A stretch of 64,000 nt of DNA. Source: a virus (lineage: Duplodnaviria > Caudoviricetes). The notes under the pieces were generated by a model. That model was not told the origin of the DNA. It did no database searches and saw nothing but the letters and a program-made list of their open reading frames with translations. The stretch is taken from IMG/VR virus record IMGVR_UViG_3300048502_000015, positions 32,001 through 96,000 of that record; one strand, given 5' to 3'. The translations under genes were made by a program, and so were the position numbers. The stretch's first letter is position 1. Each line of letters opens with the position of its first letter. Positions 34,831 through 45,514 of this stretch are shown here, piece after piece.

Positions 34831-36062
34831 TGGCCGATATATTCATTCTCGATTTAGACGAAGAGTTCATGTCACACCTTGTCATTCAAGATTCTTGGTT
34901 GGTAATCCAATCCGAGTCAATCAGCTACGACCTTATTGAAGACCCCTTTGTTCAAAAGGTCTACGAGTACCAGCGAAACCATTTCCACAAAGAGGGAAAG
35001 ATTGCTACGGCGACCGTCCTAGCAGAAGAGTTTGATGTCGATTTTGTTGAGCCAGAAACGGCGATTCATGATCTTGTTGAGCGACTACAGGTTAGATACC
35101 TCAAGAATAAGGGACGAGATACCCTTAAAGAGGCCATCGAGATTCAGAAGGAAGATCCTCTTGCCGTTCCGGGATTCCTGGTTAGAAAAGGTCGAGAGCT
35201 AGTTGCCATCAGTTCTACAAAGGGCGAAACCTTTGGATCTGGAGACTTTGATCGATCAATGCTTCTCTATGACAAGAAGGTTAACGTTGGACCCGGAGCT
35301 AGCTTAGGATTTGATGAACTCAATGACCACTTTTATGGACAGAGAGGATTGACATTTCTAATAGCGCCCCCAAAGAACTACAAGAGTTGGATGATAATCA
35401 ATACCCAGATTGCCAACGTCATCGACGGGAAATTCCCGTACACCTATAGTCTAGAACTTCCTGCGGAAGAAACAGATATGCGGCTACGTTGTCTTATGGC
35501 CGACGTTCCCTGGTGGAGATACCTCAAGAACTCCTTGAAGCCTGAACAAAAGGAGAAAATGAGAGAGGCGTCTGAGTACCTTGATGACATCGGAGTTTAT
35601 CGAATTACCAAGCCGCCACAAGGCGAGCGGTCGATTGATCAACTTGTAGACCGTGCTGGCAATGCAGGAGCCGATTTGGTCCTTATCGACCAGCTTCAGT
35701 ATGTTGAGGTTGATGGAAAATCTCTTGGCGAGCTTAACAATACCGGAGCCTATTTCGGGGTTATCAATCGCGCCCGTAACCTGTCGGATGACATTCCAAT
35801 AATGATTGCCCATCAATTCAACCGGCAGGCGATGTTTGCCGATGAGATGCCAGATATTCGGTATGCAAAGGGATCTTCTGCAATTGAGGAGGCTGCTACT
35901 CTAGCTTTGGGTCTATGGGCAAACAAGGATATGCGCCGTTCAGGAATTCTTGAAATGGGAACCCTGATCTCCCGCAACTACATGTATGCCTCCTGGGAAC
36001 TTGAAGTTGAGTTAAGTCGAGGATGCAGTTTCAAAGTGATCGGTCGCAAAGAAGATGAGTGA
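34830..36062 (+). CDS. dnaB: DnaB-like replicative helicase
   Basis: YSLE, LIDQLQ, AHQFNR, GSSAIEE; variant Walker A APPKNYKS. Confidence 0.8.
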   Translation: MADIFILDLDEEFMSHLVIQDSWLVIQSESISYDLIEDPFVQKVYEYQRNHFHKEGKIATATVLAEEFDVDFVEPETAIHDLVERLQVRYLKNKGRDTLKEAIEIQKEDPLAVPGFLVRKGRELVAISSTKGETFGSGDFDRSMLLYDKKVNVGPGASLGFDELNDHFYGQRGLTFLIAPPKNYKSWMIINTQIANVIDGKFPYTYSLELPAEETDMRLRCLMADVPWWRYLKNSLKPEQKEKMREASEYLDDIGVYRITKPPQGERSIDQLVDRAGNAGADLVLIDQLQYVEVDGKSLGELNNTGAYFGVINRARNLSDDIPIMIAHQFNRQAMFADEMPDIRYAKGSSAIEEAATLALGLWANKDMRRSGILEMGTLISRNYMYASWELEVELSRGCSFKVIGRKEDE

Positions 36063-36261
36063 TGAACCGACGATAATTCCGTCTTGGTTATCTGATGAAG
36101 ACGAGATAGCTCCGTGTCCCTGCGGAGGACCAAGAATAGGTCCAATCGCCGTTATCAAAAGCGAGCGCGGACTAAAGACCGGCTACCACTATCCCGGTTG
36201 TCTCCAACTTCGTAGGGCACATGAAGAACTTGATGAAGAAGATACTATCGACTGGGAGTGA
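36055..36261 (+). CDS. small hypothetical protein
   Basis: Coupled between helicase and primase. Confidence 0.5.
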   Translation: MSDEPTIIPSWLSDEDEIAPCPCGGPRIGPIAVIKSERGLKTGYHYPGCLQLRRAHEELDEEDTIDWE

Positions 36262-36273
36262 TATACTTAGCTA

Positions 36274-37353
36274 ATGGCTAAGTTACGCTATTCCGAGTTT
36301 GTAGATGATATCGATGTAGACGCTTTTGAAGCGGCTATTGGTTTCGACGCGCAAAGTAACGATAAAGGTAACGATATCGGATTTTGTCCTGACTTTTGGG
36401 GCCTCCATAAGAACGGAGACACCACCGGAAAGTTTGCTATCCATCGGGACAAAAGGGTCTATAATTGCTGGGTATGCGGGGGAGGATCTCTCCTTGACCT
36501 AGCTATGCACGCCAATGATATGGACGTTGATGACGCCACCTACTGGCTTTATCAATTTGCCCACGGAGAACAGAAGACCGACTCCGAATTTACTGAATAT
36601 CTTCTTGAGATGCTCAAAGATGTTGAAAAGCGTGTTGCCACAATGCCTTATTTCAATGAGCGAGTTCTAGACCGCTTTAACGGTCCCCGAGACTGGTTCT
36701 ATGATCGGGGAATCTCGGATGAGGTTATCGAAGCTCATAAACTTGGAACCAGCCTACTATACCAGAAGACCGCTCCTCGAAAGAACGTCGGATCTGAAAA
36801 GGTCAAGATTGACGAAGACTACATTGGTCCAGTAGCCATCTTCCCTCATTACTGGCAGGGTAAACTTGTTGGTTGGCAGCATCGCTGGATCGATTTTCCC
36901 GATACTCCAAAGTGGCTTGGTAAATGGGTCAATACGACCGATTTTCCAAAATCTGAAACTCTCTACAACTTTGATAACGCTCAGAAGGCTAAGGAGCCGA
37001 TTGTGGTAACCGAATCAGTTGCCTCTGTGCTCTTCCTAGAGACATGCCAAATTCCTGCGGTGTCCACATTCGGCTCAGACGTTTCAGAAGCCCAATTGAG
37101 ATTATTGAGGCGTTTTCAGGCTGGCGTTTTGCTATGCCCGGATAACGACAAACCTGAGAGTGACAAAATGGGAGCCGGAGAGAAATGGGCAGGCACCATT
37201 ACCCGATACCTGGAGCGTCATATCCCAGTCAAGCAGCTTCCTCCAGTACCCCTTGGACAGGGAGCCGATTTAGGTGACTTTGCCTATACAGATCATCCCT
37301 ATGATGATCTTATGGCACATCTAGATTTGGCGTATGATAGCCTCTCTTTATAG
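36274..37353 (+). CDS. dnaG: DNA primase
   Basis: CP..H...CWVC Zn finger; TOPRIM VTES, PDND. Confidence 0.85.
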   Translation: MAKLRYSEFVDDIDVDAFEAAIGFDAQSNDKGNDIGFCPDFWGLHKNGDTTGKFAIHRDKRVYNCWVCGGGSLLDLAMHANDMDVDDATYWLYQFAHGEQKTDSEFTEYLLEMLKDVEKRVATMPYFNERVLDRFNGPRDWFYDRGISDEVIEAHKLGTSLLYQKTAPRKNVGSEKVKIDEDYIGPVAIFPHYWQGKLVGWQHRWIDFPDTPKWLGKWVNTTDFPKSETLYNFDNAQKAKEPIVVTESVASVLFLETCQIPAVSTFGSDVSEAQLRLLRRFQAGVLLCPDNDKPESDKMGAGEKWAGTITRYLERHIPVKQLPPVPLGQGADLGDFAYTDHPYDDLMAHLDLAYDSLSL

Positions 37354-37376
37354 CCCAATCGGGACCATAATAGGTG

Positions 37377-37529
37377 ATGGCCTTCACAAAGTTAATGTCA
37401 ACTGAGTCTGTTGCGGTTCTAACCGACGAGGATGCTGCTCGTATCAATAATGCGATCAGTAAGCTTGGAAAGAGTTCTGCCGCAGAGCTTTCAGATGACG
37501 AACGTGAAGTAACATTGCAGTCGAAGTAA
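37377..37529 (+). CDS. 50-aa hypothetical protein with late-type leaderless motif
   Basis: MAFTKLMSTESV...LQSK*; ATAAT-AGGTG-ATG. Confidence 0.5.
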   Translation: MAFTKLMSTESVAVLTDEDAARINNAISKLGKSSAAELSDDEREVTLQSK

Positions 37530-37615
37530 ATTTCCTTGCGTAGGAAAACTCATCTGCTATGATCAGATGAGAGGCTCAAAGTAGCCTGATAATAAATCGA
37601 ATTAGAGGTAATAAT

Positions 37616-38632
37616 ATGTCACCGTTAGAATTTAGACGTGGTAGAGAAGAGATTCAAAAGGTAGTTGAAGAGCGTAACTCTTCTGACGGAGGTAGCTTCA
37701 CTCCATTCCTTCCGAACATTTACTGGAAGGACGACAAGGAAGAGAAGTACCTGTTGTTTTTGAATGACATCGATTCTATTCCTAGACTCGATCTCATTAC
37801 TTTCATCCCTGACGGAAATCATGTCGCAAATGTAATTGCGCACACGGATCAGGTTTTTGGTGAAAGTTCAGATCCGTTCATCGACAAGTGGGATGCAACC
37901 GCTCGTGAAATGAACATTGCAATAGCCGTTGAGCTAGAGCCGAAGTTCGAATTGGTTGAGGGTCGTAAGCGTCCTCGTGGATTCGAAGTAGCCACTCGTG
38001 AATTTGATCGGAAGGTTCGAGATGAGGACGGAGAAGCTACAGATGAAACCGAAGAAGTTACGGTTCCAGTTGTCGGCGTAATTGTTCAGTCAACCACTAA
38101 CTTCTTTGCCCACATTGAGGCTTATGATGCTAGTGATGCTCCGATTCATTCTACTCCAATCCGAGTAAAGCGAATTGGTAAGGGCACGAACACCAGCTAT
38201 AACGTCGATGGGTTCCCGGATCAGAAGATTGATTTGACCAACCTTATCGAGTACATTCCTGGAATCTCGTACCTAGACAAGGACGAGATTGAGGCCATTG
38301 TAGAAGACTCGGAGAATCAGTCTCCAGAGGAAACCGCATTGGTAATCGGAAGCGTTCTGCTAGAGAAGCATCTACAGGAACTAGCTGATCAGGAGCGTTA
38401 TGAGCGACTGCTTGATAACGTTACCGAATCGTTGGACAAGTTCGGAAAGAACAAGAAGAAGGAAAAGAAGCCTGCTACTCGTTCAACCCGTCCTTCTCAG
38501 CGTCGTTCGGCAGAAGCAGAAGAGCCAAAGGAAGCTAAGGAAGAGGTAACCCAGGACTCCCCAGCGAAGTCTAAGCTTGAAGAAATTCGAGCAAAGGCCG
38601 AAGCAAAAAGGGCAGCTAAGGGTGACTCTTAA
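37616..38632 (+). CDS. probable ssDNA-binding protein
   Basis: Position; RIGKGTNTSY motif; own promoter TGCTATGAT and SD GAGG. Confidence 0.6.
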   Translation: MSPLEFRRGREEIQKVVEERNSSDGGSFTPFLPNIYWKDDKEEKYLLFLNDIDSIPRLDLITFIPDGNHVANVIAHTDQVFGESSDPFIDKWDATAREMNIAIAVELEPKFELVEGRKRPRGFEVATREFDRKVRDEDGEATDETEEVTVPVVGVIVQSTTNFFAHIEAYDASDAPIHSTPIRVKRIGKGTNTSYNVDGFPDQKIDLTNLIEYIPGISYLDKDEIEAIVEDSENQSPEETALVIGSVLLEKHLQELADQERYERLLDNVTESLDKFGKNKKKEKKPATRSTRPSQRRSAEAEEPKEAKEEVTQDSPAKSKLEEIRAKAEAKRAAKGDS

Positions 38633-39047
38633 AGGACCTGAAATTGGATTGTTTACTGATGGGTCCGCCTATCATGTAGACCAATCCGGTGGTTGGGCCT
38701 GGATTGCCTTCGACACTTTTGATGAAGAAGAATTCGACTTTGGTGGCGAATCAGAAACCACCAATAATCGAATGGAGTTAACTGCATGGATCGAGGGATT
38801 GAAGTCGTTATATCGATCTCTCGGTCCATGTGATGTGCTAGTATATTCTGATAGCCAGTATGTCGGCTTAGGAGCGATGGACCCCGGAAGAAAACGAAAG
38901 ATGAACGTTGATCTCTGGGAAGATCTTGATTCGGCAGTAGCTCGACACTCATACGTTGAATTCGTTTGGGTCAAGGGCCACGATGACAGTTATTACAACC
39001 ACTTTGTAGATGAATTAGCAGGAGAAGCACGAAAAGCATGTCAATAG
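38622..39047 (+). CDS. rnhA: ribonuclease HI
   Basis: FTDGS, TTNNRMEL, YSDSQY, WVKGH, VDELA. Confidence 0.92.
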   Translation: MTLKGPEIGLFTDGSAYHVDQSGGWAWIAFDTFDEEEFDFGGESETTNNRMELTAWIEGLKSLYRSLGPCDVLVYSDSQYVGLGAMDPGRKRKMNVDLWEDLDSAVARHSYVEFVWVKGHDDSYYNHFVDELAGEARKACQ

Positions 39048-42000
39048 TCCCGTTGCACAATCATAGCCATTATTCTCAACTTGACGGTTTTTCAACCCCT
39101 GAGGAGATTGCCGAACGTTGTGTTCAAATCGGTTGCTCATGTTGTGGTCTAACGGACCACGGAGTTGTCACCGGACACTTGGATTTTTCGAAGCAGCTAA
39201 CTAAACGTGGCATCAAGCCAATATACGGCTGCGAATTATACCATGGCGTAGTTCCTCACAACAACATCGGTAAAGGCCGCGACCAAGCTCACCTGATAGC
39301 TTTGGCCATGACAGACGAAGGATTGAAGAACCTCTGGCGGCTAGTTAATGCTACTGCCTCTAGAGAGCGTTTTCATCAGGTTGGTAGGATTAACTGGGAA
39401 GACCTAGAAAAGTATCGAGAAGGGCTTGTTGTAACCTCTGCGTGCGCCTTAGGGTTGGTTCCTAAGAACGTAGTTCACGGAGATTATGATTACCTCAACC
39501 GCTACCTTGATATCTTTGGTGACAATTTCTACATTGAGATTCATACCTATCCTACTAACAAGGATTTCATTGACAAGGATAGCGATGAAGTGTCTAATAT
39601 GGGTATCATTAATGAGGCTCTCATTTCGGTTGCCCAGGAACGTGGGCTTCCAATGGTCTATGCTAATGATGCTCATTATGCCTTCCCTGAACAGTATCCT
39701 CAACACGACCTTTATCTAGCTCTTCAAACCGGCCAAACGGTTTTTACCCCGGTTGAAGATCGCAAACAATGGCACCCTCCCGGAGCCGTATCCATTATGG
39801 ATGAAGTCGGAGTACGTAATGCCCTCGACTATCTTCCCGACTATGTAATAGACGAAGCTCTTGCTAATAGTGTGGCTATTGGAGAACGAGCAAATGCGGG
39901 ACTACCTAAAACGGGTCGTCATCTTCCGGTTTTTGTTCCCGCCGATTGCCCATTCTTGGACGAGGAGCAGGCGACTAAAACGGCAGAAGAACTTTTTGTC
40001 GAATTGGTAGAACAGGGGCTTTATCATCGATATGGTGAGGAACCATCTTCTGAGGTTTGGGAACGTGCCGTATACGAGATGGAAACTTTGATCAAGGACA
40101 ACATTCATCATTACTTTTTGATGGGCTGGGACGAGATCAAATTTGCCGAGGGAGAAGGAATTGAAATCGGTCCCGGACGAGGTTCTTCTGCTGGTTCTAT
40201 CGTCGCCTACGCTCTTGGAATTACCGATGTTGATCCGCTCCACTATGGACTCATCTTTGAGCGATTTTGGAATTCAGGACGTACTGATGGCTTCCCAGAT
40301 ATCGATACTGACTTTGCTCGCTCTGGCCGACCTAAGATCCGCGAATACCTTATCGAGCGATGGGGAATTAACCGAGTTTGTTCGATTGGAACAGTTGGAC
40401 GAATGAAGCCCAAGGCTGTTGTGGATAAACTTCACAAGGGATGCGGGATATCCTATTCGGAGGCCGATGCTTTGAAGAAGATCCTCGATGGAACCCGAGA
40501 TCTTGAAATTCACGGTGCCGATCAGATTGGGTGGAATCCTGATATCGAGCCGGGTAAGGTAATTTACGTCAAAGAGGATGTTGGAGAGGCAATCGATCAA
40601 TGGATCGTGGCAGAACCTTCTAGACAAAAATTGCGCCAACTCTTCATCGACATGTGCGAACAGTGTTGTTCCCGAGTAGAGGGTTACGGGATTCACGCTT
40701 CTGGAATCGTTATCTCTGACATTGATTTGGCCGACTATGCTCCTGCGTATCTTCGAGGGGGAAAGGAAGAGGGAATCCCCGCCACAATGTTTCCAATGGC
40801 CGAGATCGAAAAGCTAGGACTCAATAAACTTGACGTTCTTGGTTTGGCAACTCTTGACACTCTTGATATTTGGAAGAAGCAGATGGCCAAACAAGGAGTA
40901 GATATTACATGGTCCGGATTGGATAAAGAGGATCATCCTCATGGAATGTGGAAGCTTCTCGCTGACGGAATCTGTGCCGGAATCTTCCAGGTCGAGCAGG
41001 GATATCCGAAGCAGCTATGCGAAAAGATGAAGCCAGAAACGGTTGAAGATTTGGCCGTTCTTGTGGCTCTAAACCGTCCTGGACCGATTGGCGAGAAGAT
41101 CCCCGAAAGTTACATTGCGCGCCGCCTTGGAAAGGAAGAGGTTACCTATCCTCATCCAATTCTTGAGGAAATTTTGAAACCAACCTACGGACTCTTCGTA
41201 TATCAGGAACAGGTCATTGCCTTTTATAACGCCATCGGCTATACCCTTCACGAAGCCGACGCCGTTCGAAAGATTTTGGGTAAGAAAAAGCCAGAAGAAC
41301 TTGCCGCCCTTTATGACGGGTCCGGAGAATGGGAAGGACGTAGTTATCCTTCAATGGCTCAGGTTGCCGGAATTCCAAGAGATCGAGCAGACGCTATTTG
41401 GAAGACTCTTGAACGATTTGCTTCTTACTCGTTTAATAAGTCTCATGCGGTTGCTTATGGCATCATTGCTTTCCGCACGGCCTTTGCCAAGTACTATGGA
41501 ACGGCGGAATTCTATGCATCCAACATTCAGATCGTAGAAGACAAGAAACGAAAGAAGATGCTTCCAAAGTATGTCTCGGAAGGCCGTCGCTACTTCAATA
41601 TTCAGACATTGCCTCCGGATATCATCCTGTCGGACGAAAAGACCTCTGTAATCGACGGAAACGTTTATCTGGGATTTTCTGATGTCAAGGGTGTCAAGAG
41701 TAGCGGATCGGTTATCGTCGCAATGCGTAAGGAAGGTAAGTATGACCTCTCTAGTCCAGAAACGTTTCTAAATCAGCTTGAAATTGCAAACAAAGAATTT
41801 GCAAAGGCAAAGAAAGAGGCCGCAGCGAACGGAACCCCTTGGGGAAAGGAAATTAAGTCTCCGAAGCAGCAGATTGATAAAGCCAAGATTCAGGCACTCC
41901 TAGATGTGGGTGCCTGGGGTCAGGATGACGTATCCTTGAAGGATATCCAGTTCTTTGAGTCAGAATTACTACACGTTACTCTTACCGATAATGTCGATGC

Positions 42001-42364
42001 TATTCTAGAACGACACAAGGAGGATATCCAGGACCTTGATAGTTATTCAGAAGCCCTAATTCCGTTTGCCGAAAAGGTAATTGACGACGAATACAGTCCA
42101 AGTGAATATTACTACAAAATCTGTGGTATAGTTACTGATATACGACCAACTGTGGTCAAAAAGACTGGTGCCCCAATGGGCATCGTGACAATAGAGTATG
42201 GAAATGATGAGCTTACCTTTGCAGTATTTTCTCACAAATGGGCACAAGACAAATTTTTGTTCAAACATGGAAATGTTGGAATATTCAGGATCAAGCATAC
42301 TGGTCCTACGGAAAAACGAGATCAAGAGGGATACTCTTTTGAAGAAGGTTGGTTATTGAAATAA
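39038..42364 (+). CDS. dnaE: DNA polymerase III alpha subunit
   Basis: PHP LHNHSHYS, GPGRGSSAGS, PDIDTDF, FNKSHA. Confidence 0.97.
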   Translation: MSIVPLHNHSHYSQLDGFSTPEEIAERCVQIGCSCCGLTDHGVVTGHLDFSKQLTKRGIKPIYGCELYHGVVPHNNIGKGRDQAHLIALAMTDEGLKNLWRLVNATASRERFHQVGRINWEDLEKYREGLVVTSACALGLVPKNVVHGDYDYLNRYLDIFGDNFYIEIHTYPTNKDFIDKDSDEVSNMGIINEALISVAQERGLPMVYANDAHYAFPEQYPQHDLYLALQTGQTVFTPVEDRKQWHPPGAVSIMDEVGVRNALDYLPDYVIDEALANSVAIGERANAGLPKTGRHLPVFVPADCPFLDEEQATKTAEELFVELVEQGLYHRYGEEPSSEVWERAVYEMETLIKDNIHHYFLMGWDEIKFAEGEGIEIGPGRGSSAGSIVAYALGITDVDPLHYGLIFERFWNSGRTDGFPDIDTDFARSGRPKIREYLIERWGINRVCSIGTVGRMKPKAVVDKLHKGCGISYSEADALKKILDGTRDLEIHGADQIGWNPDIEPGKVIYVKEDVGEAIDQWIVAEPSRQKLRQLFIDMCEQCCSRVEGYGIHASGIVISDIDLADYAPAYLRGGKEEGIPATMFPMAEIEKLGLNKLDVLGLATLDTLDIWKKQMAKQGVDITWSGLDKEDHPHGMWKLLADGICAGIFQVEQGYPKQLCEKMKPETVEDLAVLVALNRPGPIGEKIPESYIARRLGKEEVTYPHPILEEILKPTYGLFVYQEQVIAFYNAIGYTLHEADAVRKILGKKKPEELAALYDGSGEWEGRSYPSMAQVAGIPRDRADAIWKTLERFASYSFNKSHAVAYGIIAFRTAFAKYYGTAEFYASNIQIVEDKKRKKMLPKYVSEGRRYFNIQTLPPDIILSDEKTSVIDGNVYLGFSDVKGVKSSGSVIVAMRKEGKYDLSSPETFLNQLEIANKEFAKAKKEAAANGTPWGKEIKSPKQQIDKAKIQALLDVGAWGQDDVSLKDIQFFESELLHVTLTDNVDAILERHKEDIQDLDSYSEALIPFAEKVIDDEYSPSEYYYKICGIVTDIRPTVVKKTGAPMGIVTIEYGNDELTFAVFSHKWAQDKFLFKHGNVGIFRIKHTGPTEKRDQEGYSFEEGWLLK

Positions 42365-43437
42365 TGGCAGAAGCAGTTAACGCAAAACTTGAAAAGGCCG
42401 TGGCAGCAACGGTTACTAAATTTGGTCATAAGTCGGCAAGCCTTGGAAGCGAGAAGTATGAACTGAATGTTGTTCCTTCTCCTTCTATCATGCTCGACTA
42501 CATGCTTGGGATTGGAGGATTTCCATACGGTCACATGGTAGAGATTTTCGGCTCGAATGGGCTTGGAAAAACGAGTGCCCTTCTTTATGGAACCCTTGCT
42601 AATGTACAACGTCAGGGAAAGCTTCCGGCTCTTATCGCTATGGAGCCTACATTTGATGCTAAGTGGGCACAGAAGCTTCACGGATTAGATCCCGATCTTC
42701 TTTTGATCAATCGTCCAGACAATGCTGAAGAAGCAATGGAGATGCTTTACGATCTTGTCTTCGGCGGTCTTGTAGATTACATTGGGATTGATTCTGTAGG
42801 GGCCATGGGAACCAAATCAGAGGCCGAAGGTGGAGGAAAGAGGGCTTATGGTCCATCGGGCGTAATTACTAGCGGATTGAATGCCACGATTCCCCGACTA
42901 TATCGAAACAACATGGGATTGATGATTATCAACCAGCAACGTCAATCTGGAAGTTTCCAAGGAAATACGACCTTTGAATCTCCCGGTGGAGAAGGTCTGA
43001 AGCATCACGCTATGATTCGTATTCAGCTAAAGCCAGGGAAGGGTCGATATATGGCTAAAGTTGATGGAGAGAACATCATGGTCGGTCGTACCCTAAGCTG
43101 CACCTTCAAGAAGAACAAGCTGGCTATGGCTTCTAATAAGAAGGCCGATTTTGATTTCTTCCACATTGAATCTGCTGAATATGGTTTGGGCGTAGATCAC
43201 ACTAACGATATCCTCAACGTCGGTAAACTAACCGGAGTGATTACTGGAAACGGTTGGTATTATCACTCTACTTTCCCTACAGGAAAGATTAATGGAAAGC
43301 CAGCCATTGCCAAATTCCTCTCCGAAAATCCTCAAGCGCTAGAAGTCATTCGTCAAGAGGTTATGGAGAAGATGATCAATAAGGAACTTCAAGCTGCGGC
43401 AGAACAGGATGAAAGTGGCCAAGCGGGGGACGAATAA
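42364..43437 (+). CDS. recA: RecA/UvsX-like recombinase
   Basis: EIFGSNGLGKT, IDSVG, INQQR, PGGEGLKH. Confidence 0.92.
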   Translation: MAEAVNAKLEKAVAATVTKFGHKSASLGSEKYELNVVPSPSIMLDYMLGIGGFPYGHMVEIFGSNGLGKTSALLYGTLANVQRQGKLPALIAMEPTFDAKWAQKLHGLDPDLLLINRPDNAEEAMEMLYDLVFGGLVDYIGIDSVGAMGTKSEAEGGGKRAYGPSGVITSGLNATIPRLYRNNMGLMIINQQRQSGSFQGNTTFESPGGEGLKHHAMIRIQLKPGKGRYMAKVDGENIMVGRTLSCTFKKNKLAMASNKKADFDFFHIESAEYGLGVDHTNDILNVGKLTGVITGNGWYYHSTFPTGKINGKPAIAKFLSENPQALEVIRQEVMEKMINKELQAAAEQDESGQAGDE

Positions 43438-43783
43438 GGCTCGAAGCCTTGATCAAGAAAATCACTTGGCTAAACTTTTTGACGGGAAGCGATCCCCATC
43501 ATCTGGAGCAGCCAGTAATGACGCAGGCGACATAAGGTGCGAGAAAATCATGATAGAGGCCAAAGTAACAGGAACCCCAGCTAAGGTCAAACGACCAGCT
43601 TGGCTAAAACAATTTGAAAAAGTAGCGGAGGAAGCATGGCAAGAAGGACGGGAGCCAGTGATGGCTTTCCGTTTCTTTGATCCCGAAAGCATTCTGTCCG
43701 ATTCAGATGGTATCATAGATTTAACGGTTCGGATTTGTGCCGACGACGCTTTAAGAGAGAAAAATTATGTTGAAGTTCGATAG
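43409..43783 (+). CDS. PD-(D/E)XK Holliday junction resolvase-like protein
   Basis: SGA...GDI...IEAK. Confidence 0.75.
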   Translation: MKVAKRGTNKARSLDQENHLAKLFDGKRSPSSGAASNDAGDIRCEKIMIEAKVTGTPAKVKRPAWLKQFEKVAEEAWQEGREPVMAFRFFDPESILSDSDGIIDLTVRICADDALREKNYVEVR

Positions 43784-44552
43784 CAGTAAGGTCATCAAAG
43801 ACTTAGGTAAGAAGTACAAGCTAGTTCCTTATCTCGATAAGGTGTGGACGACGTTTGATGAATCCTTTGAGTTCTCCTACGAACCAAAGATAACCGATTA
43901 CGGTTGGCATCCATCTGGTCACTGTACGCCCTCTATTTTGGAGCTATATGACTATGCTAAGCCGCTTTACTTGAAAGCAATTAGTGTAAAGTCCTTCTCG
44001 GGTCTTCCGCCCGCTTCTCCTTTACCGGCCAGCACTCGTAAGTCGTTTATCGTTGGCCATTATTGGCATCAGGTACTTCAGCATATAGTCTGTAACAAAC
44101 TTCATTGGTGCGGACCCGAAGATCTCGAACGTAAGGGAATTCGCGCTTGGGGAGATTTATCCGGGGACACTTTTCAACCATTTCATTTTGCTACTGGATC
44201 AGGAGATATCGTTCCTTGCGTCGCTCCTAATTGGACGGGCATCGTTGACATCAAGACAATGAGCGCCAACCAGTTCAAGCAAAATGGCATTCCGGCTTGG
44301 GCCGCAGACAAATACGAATGCCAAATGAACATCTACATGGACTTTTTTGATCAAGACAACGCTATAATCCTTGCCGTCAATAAGGATGGCCCCCATGACT
44401 TCAAGGAATTCATGTTTCAAAGGAATCAAGATTTGATAGATACCATTTACGGAAAATGGGAATTTGTCAGCCATTGCTTAGACATTGGCGAAGCCCCAAC
44501 CGAGGAAGATGATTTGTTATTTCCAATAATAACCAAGGGTCCGACAATCTAA
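43767..44552 (+). CDS. PD-(D/E)XK (Cas4-like) exonuclease
   Basis: HPSGHC, GHYWH, GD...VDIKT, QMNIYM. Confidence 0.75.
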   Translation: MLKFDSSKVIKDLGKKYKLVPYLDKVWTTFDESFEFSYEPKITDYGWHPSGHCTPSILELYDYAKPLYLKAISVKSFSGLPPASPLPASTRKSFIVGHYWHQVLQHIVCNKLHWCGPEDLERKGIRAWGDLSGDTFQPFHFATGSGDIVPCVAPNWTGIVDIKTMSANQFKQNGIPAWAADKYECQMNIYMDFFDQDNAIILAVNKDGPHDFKEFMFQRNQDLIDTIYGKWEFVSHCLDIGEAPTEEDDLLFPIITKGPTI

Positions 44553-45070
44553 GGGTCCTCTCCTTCGACCCAGGAGCCGAGAAAGCAGGCTGGGCTGTTA
44601 TTGATTCTGGCCCAACCTATGTTGCTTCCGGAATAGTCAAGTTCCCGCGCGGCAAAACTCCTTTTCAGAAGTATCGTCTACTCCTAGCTGAGTATTGGGT
44701 TGAATATGCCTACGATCTACTTCTAACCTATTTACCCGACCTTGTTGTTACCGAGACAGTTCCCTCGACCGGGGCTAACAACATGTCCCAGCTATATCTA
44801 GCTAACGTGATGGCTAGCACAGTTCATGCTGTTGGTTACTTTAACAGTAAATCGCTGACCGTAAAACAGGTTAGCGCTCGGTCTGTACAGTCTAAGATCG
44901 CCATTAGGGGACGATCCTCTAAGATCACTAAGGTAAATGTCCGAGATGGTGTTCTCAGCATTCTTCCTGAGTTAGCCCACAAGAAGCCCGAATGGATCAA
45001 GACCGGCATATCTGAGGAGAGCGATGCGCTCGCCATTGGGTTGTACGCCCACAAATTTCCTATCAAATAA
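44519..45070 (+). CDS. ruvC: RuvC-like resolvase without canonical start codon
   Basis: In-frame LRVLSFDPG...VVTE...EESDALAI; the ORF track captures only the C-terminal 95 aa. Confidence 0.75.
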   Translation: MSNNNQGSDNLRVLSFDPGAEKAGWAVIDSGPTYVASGIVKFPRGKTPFQKYRLLLAEYWVEYAYDLLLTYLPDLVVTETVPSTGANNMSQLYLANVMASTVHAVGYFNSKSLTVKQVSARSVQSKIAIRGRSSKITKVNVRDGVLSILPELAHKKPEWIKTGISEESDALAIGLYAHKFPIK

Positions 45071-45115
45071 TAGGCGAGATTGCAATGTTAATTAACGTAT
45101 GTTACACTAATCTTA

Positions 45116-45514
45116 ATGGAAGACAAAAATAAGCCAACGAAGGCTACCGAAATACCAGCGCATCTTATTTTAAGAGAAGTGCTTAGACACTATACTGAGT
45201 TCAAGGCATATGTGACATCTCATATGGATGACCACATTATTGAGCACAGTTACTACGTAGACGAGGAGGATGGAACAAAAAGGAAAGTTACAGTATCGAT
45301 ATCGTTTTGGGATCTTCAGGGAGCTTTAGCTGAACTTGCCCCAAGAAAAAGAGAAGCTGTTTTTTGGAATGTAATTATGGACTATAAGCAGAAGGATGCC
45401 GCAAGGATAATGGGCATTACGACCGTCAGTATAGGTCAGTATACCTCTGCCTCAATGGAACAGATTGCGGCCAAGCTTTTCAGTAGTGAACACCTAACCG
45501 AAGAAACTTTATGA
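45116..45514 (+). CDS. sigma70 region-4 HTH protein
   Basis: LAPRKREAVFW...KQKDAARIMGITTVSI; TTGCAA-17-TACACT-7nt-ATG. Confidence 0.7.
   Translation: MEDKNKPTKATEIPAHLILREVLRHYTEFKAYVTSHMDDHIIEHSYYVDEEDGTKRKVTVSISFWDLQGALAELAPRKREAVFWNVIMDYKQKDAARIMGITTVSIGQYTSASMEQIAAKLFSSEHLTEETL

Noticed and set aside
30239-43437. Inteins or introns in NrdJ, DnaB, DnaE, RecA
   Set aside because: Protein lengths are normal and no intein splice motifs or frame interruptions were seen.
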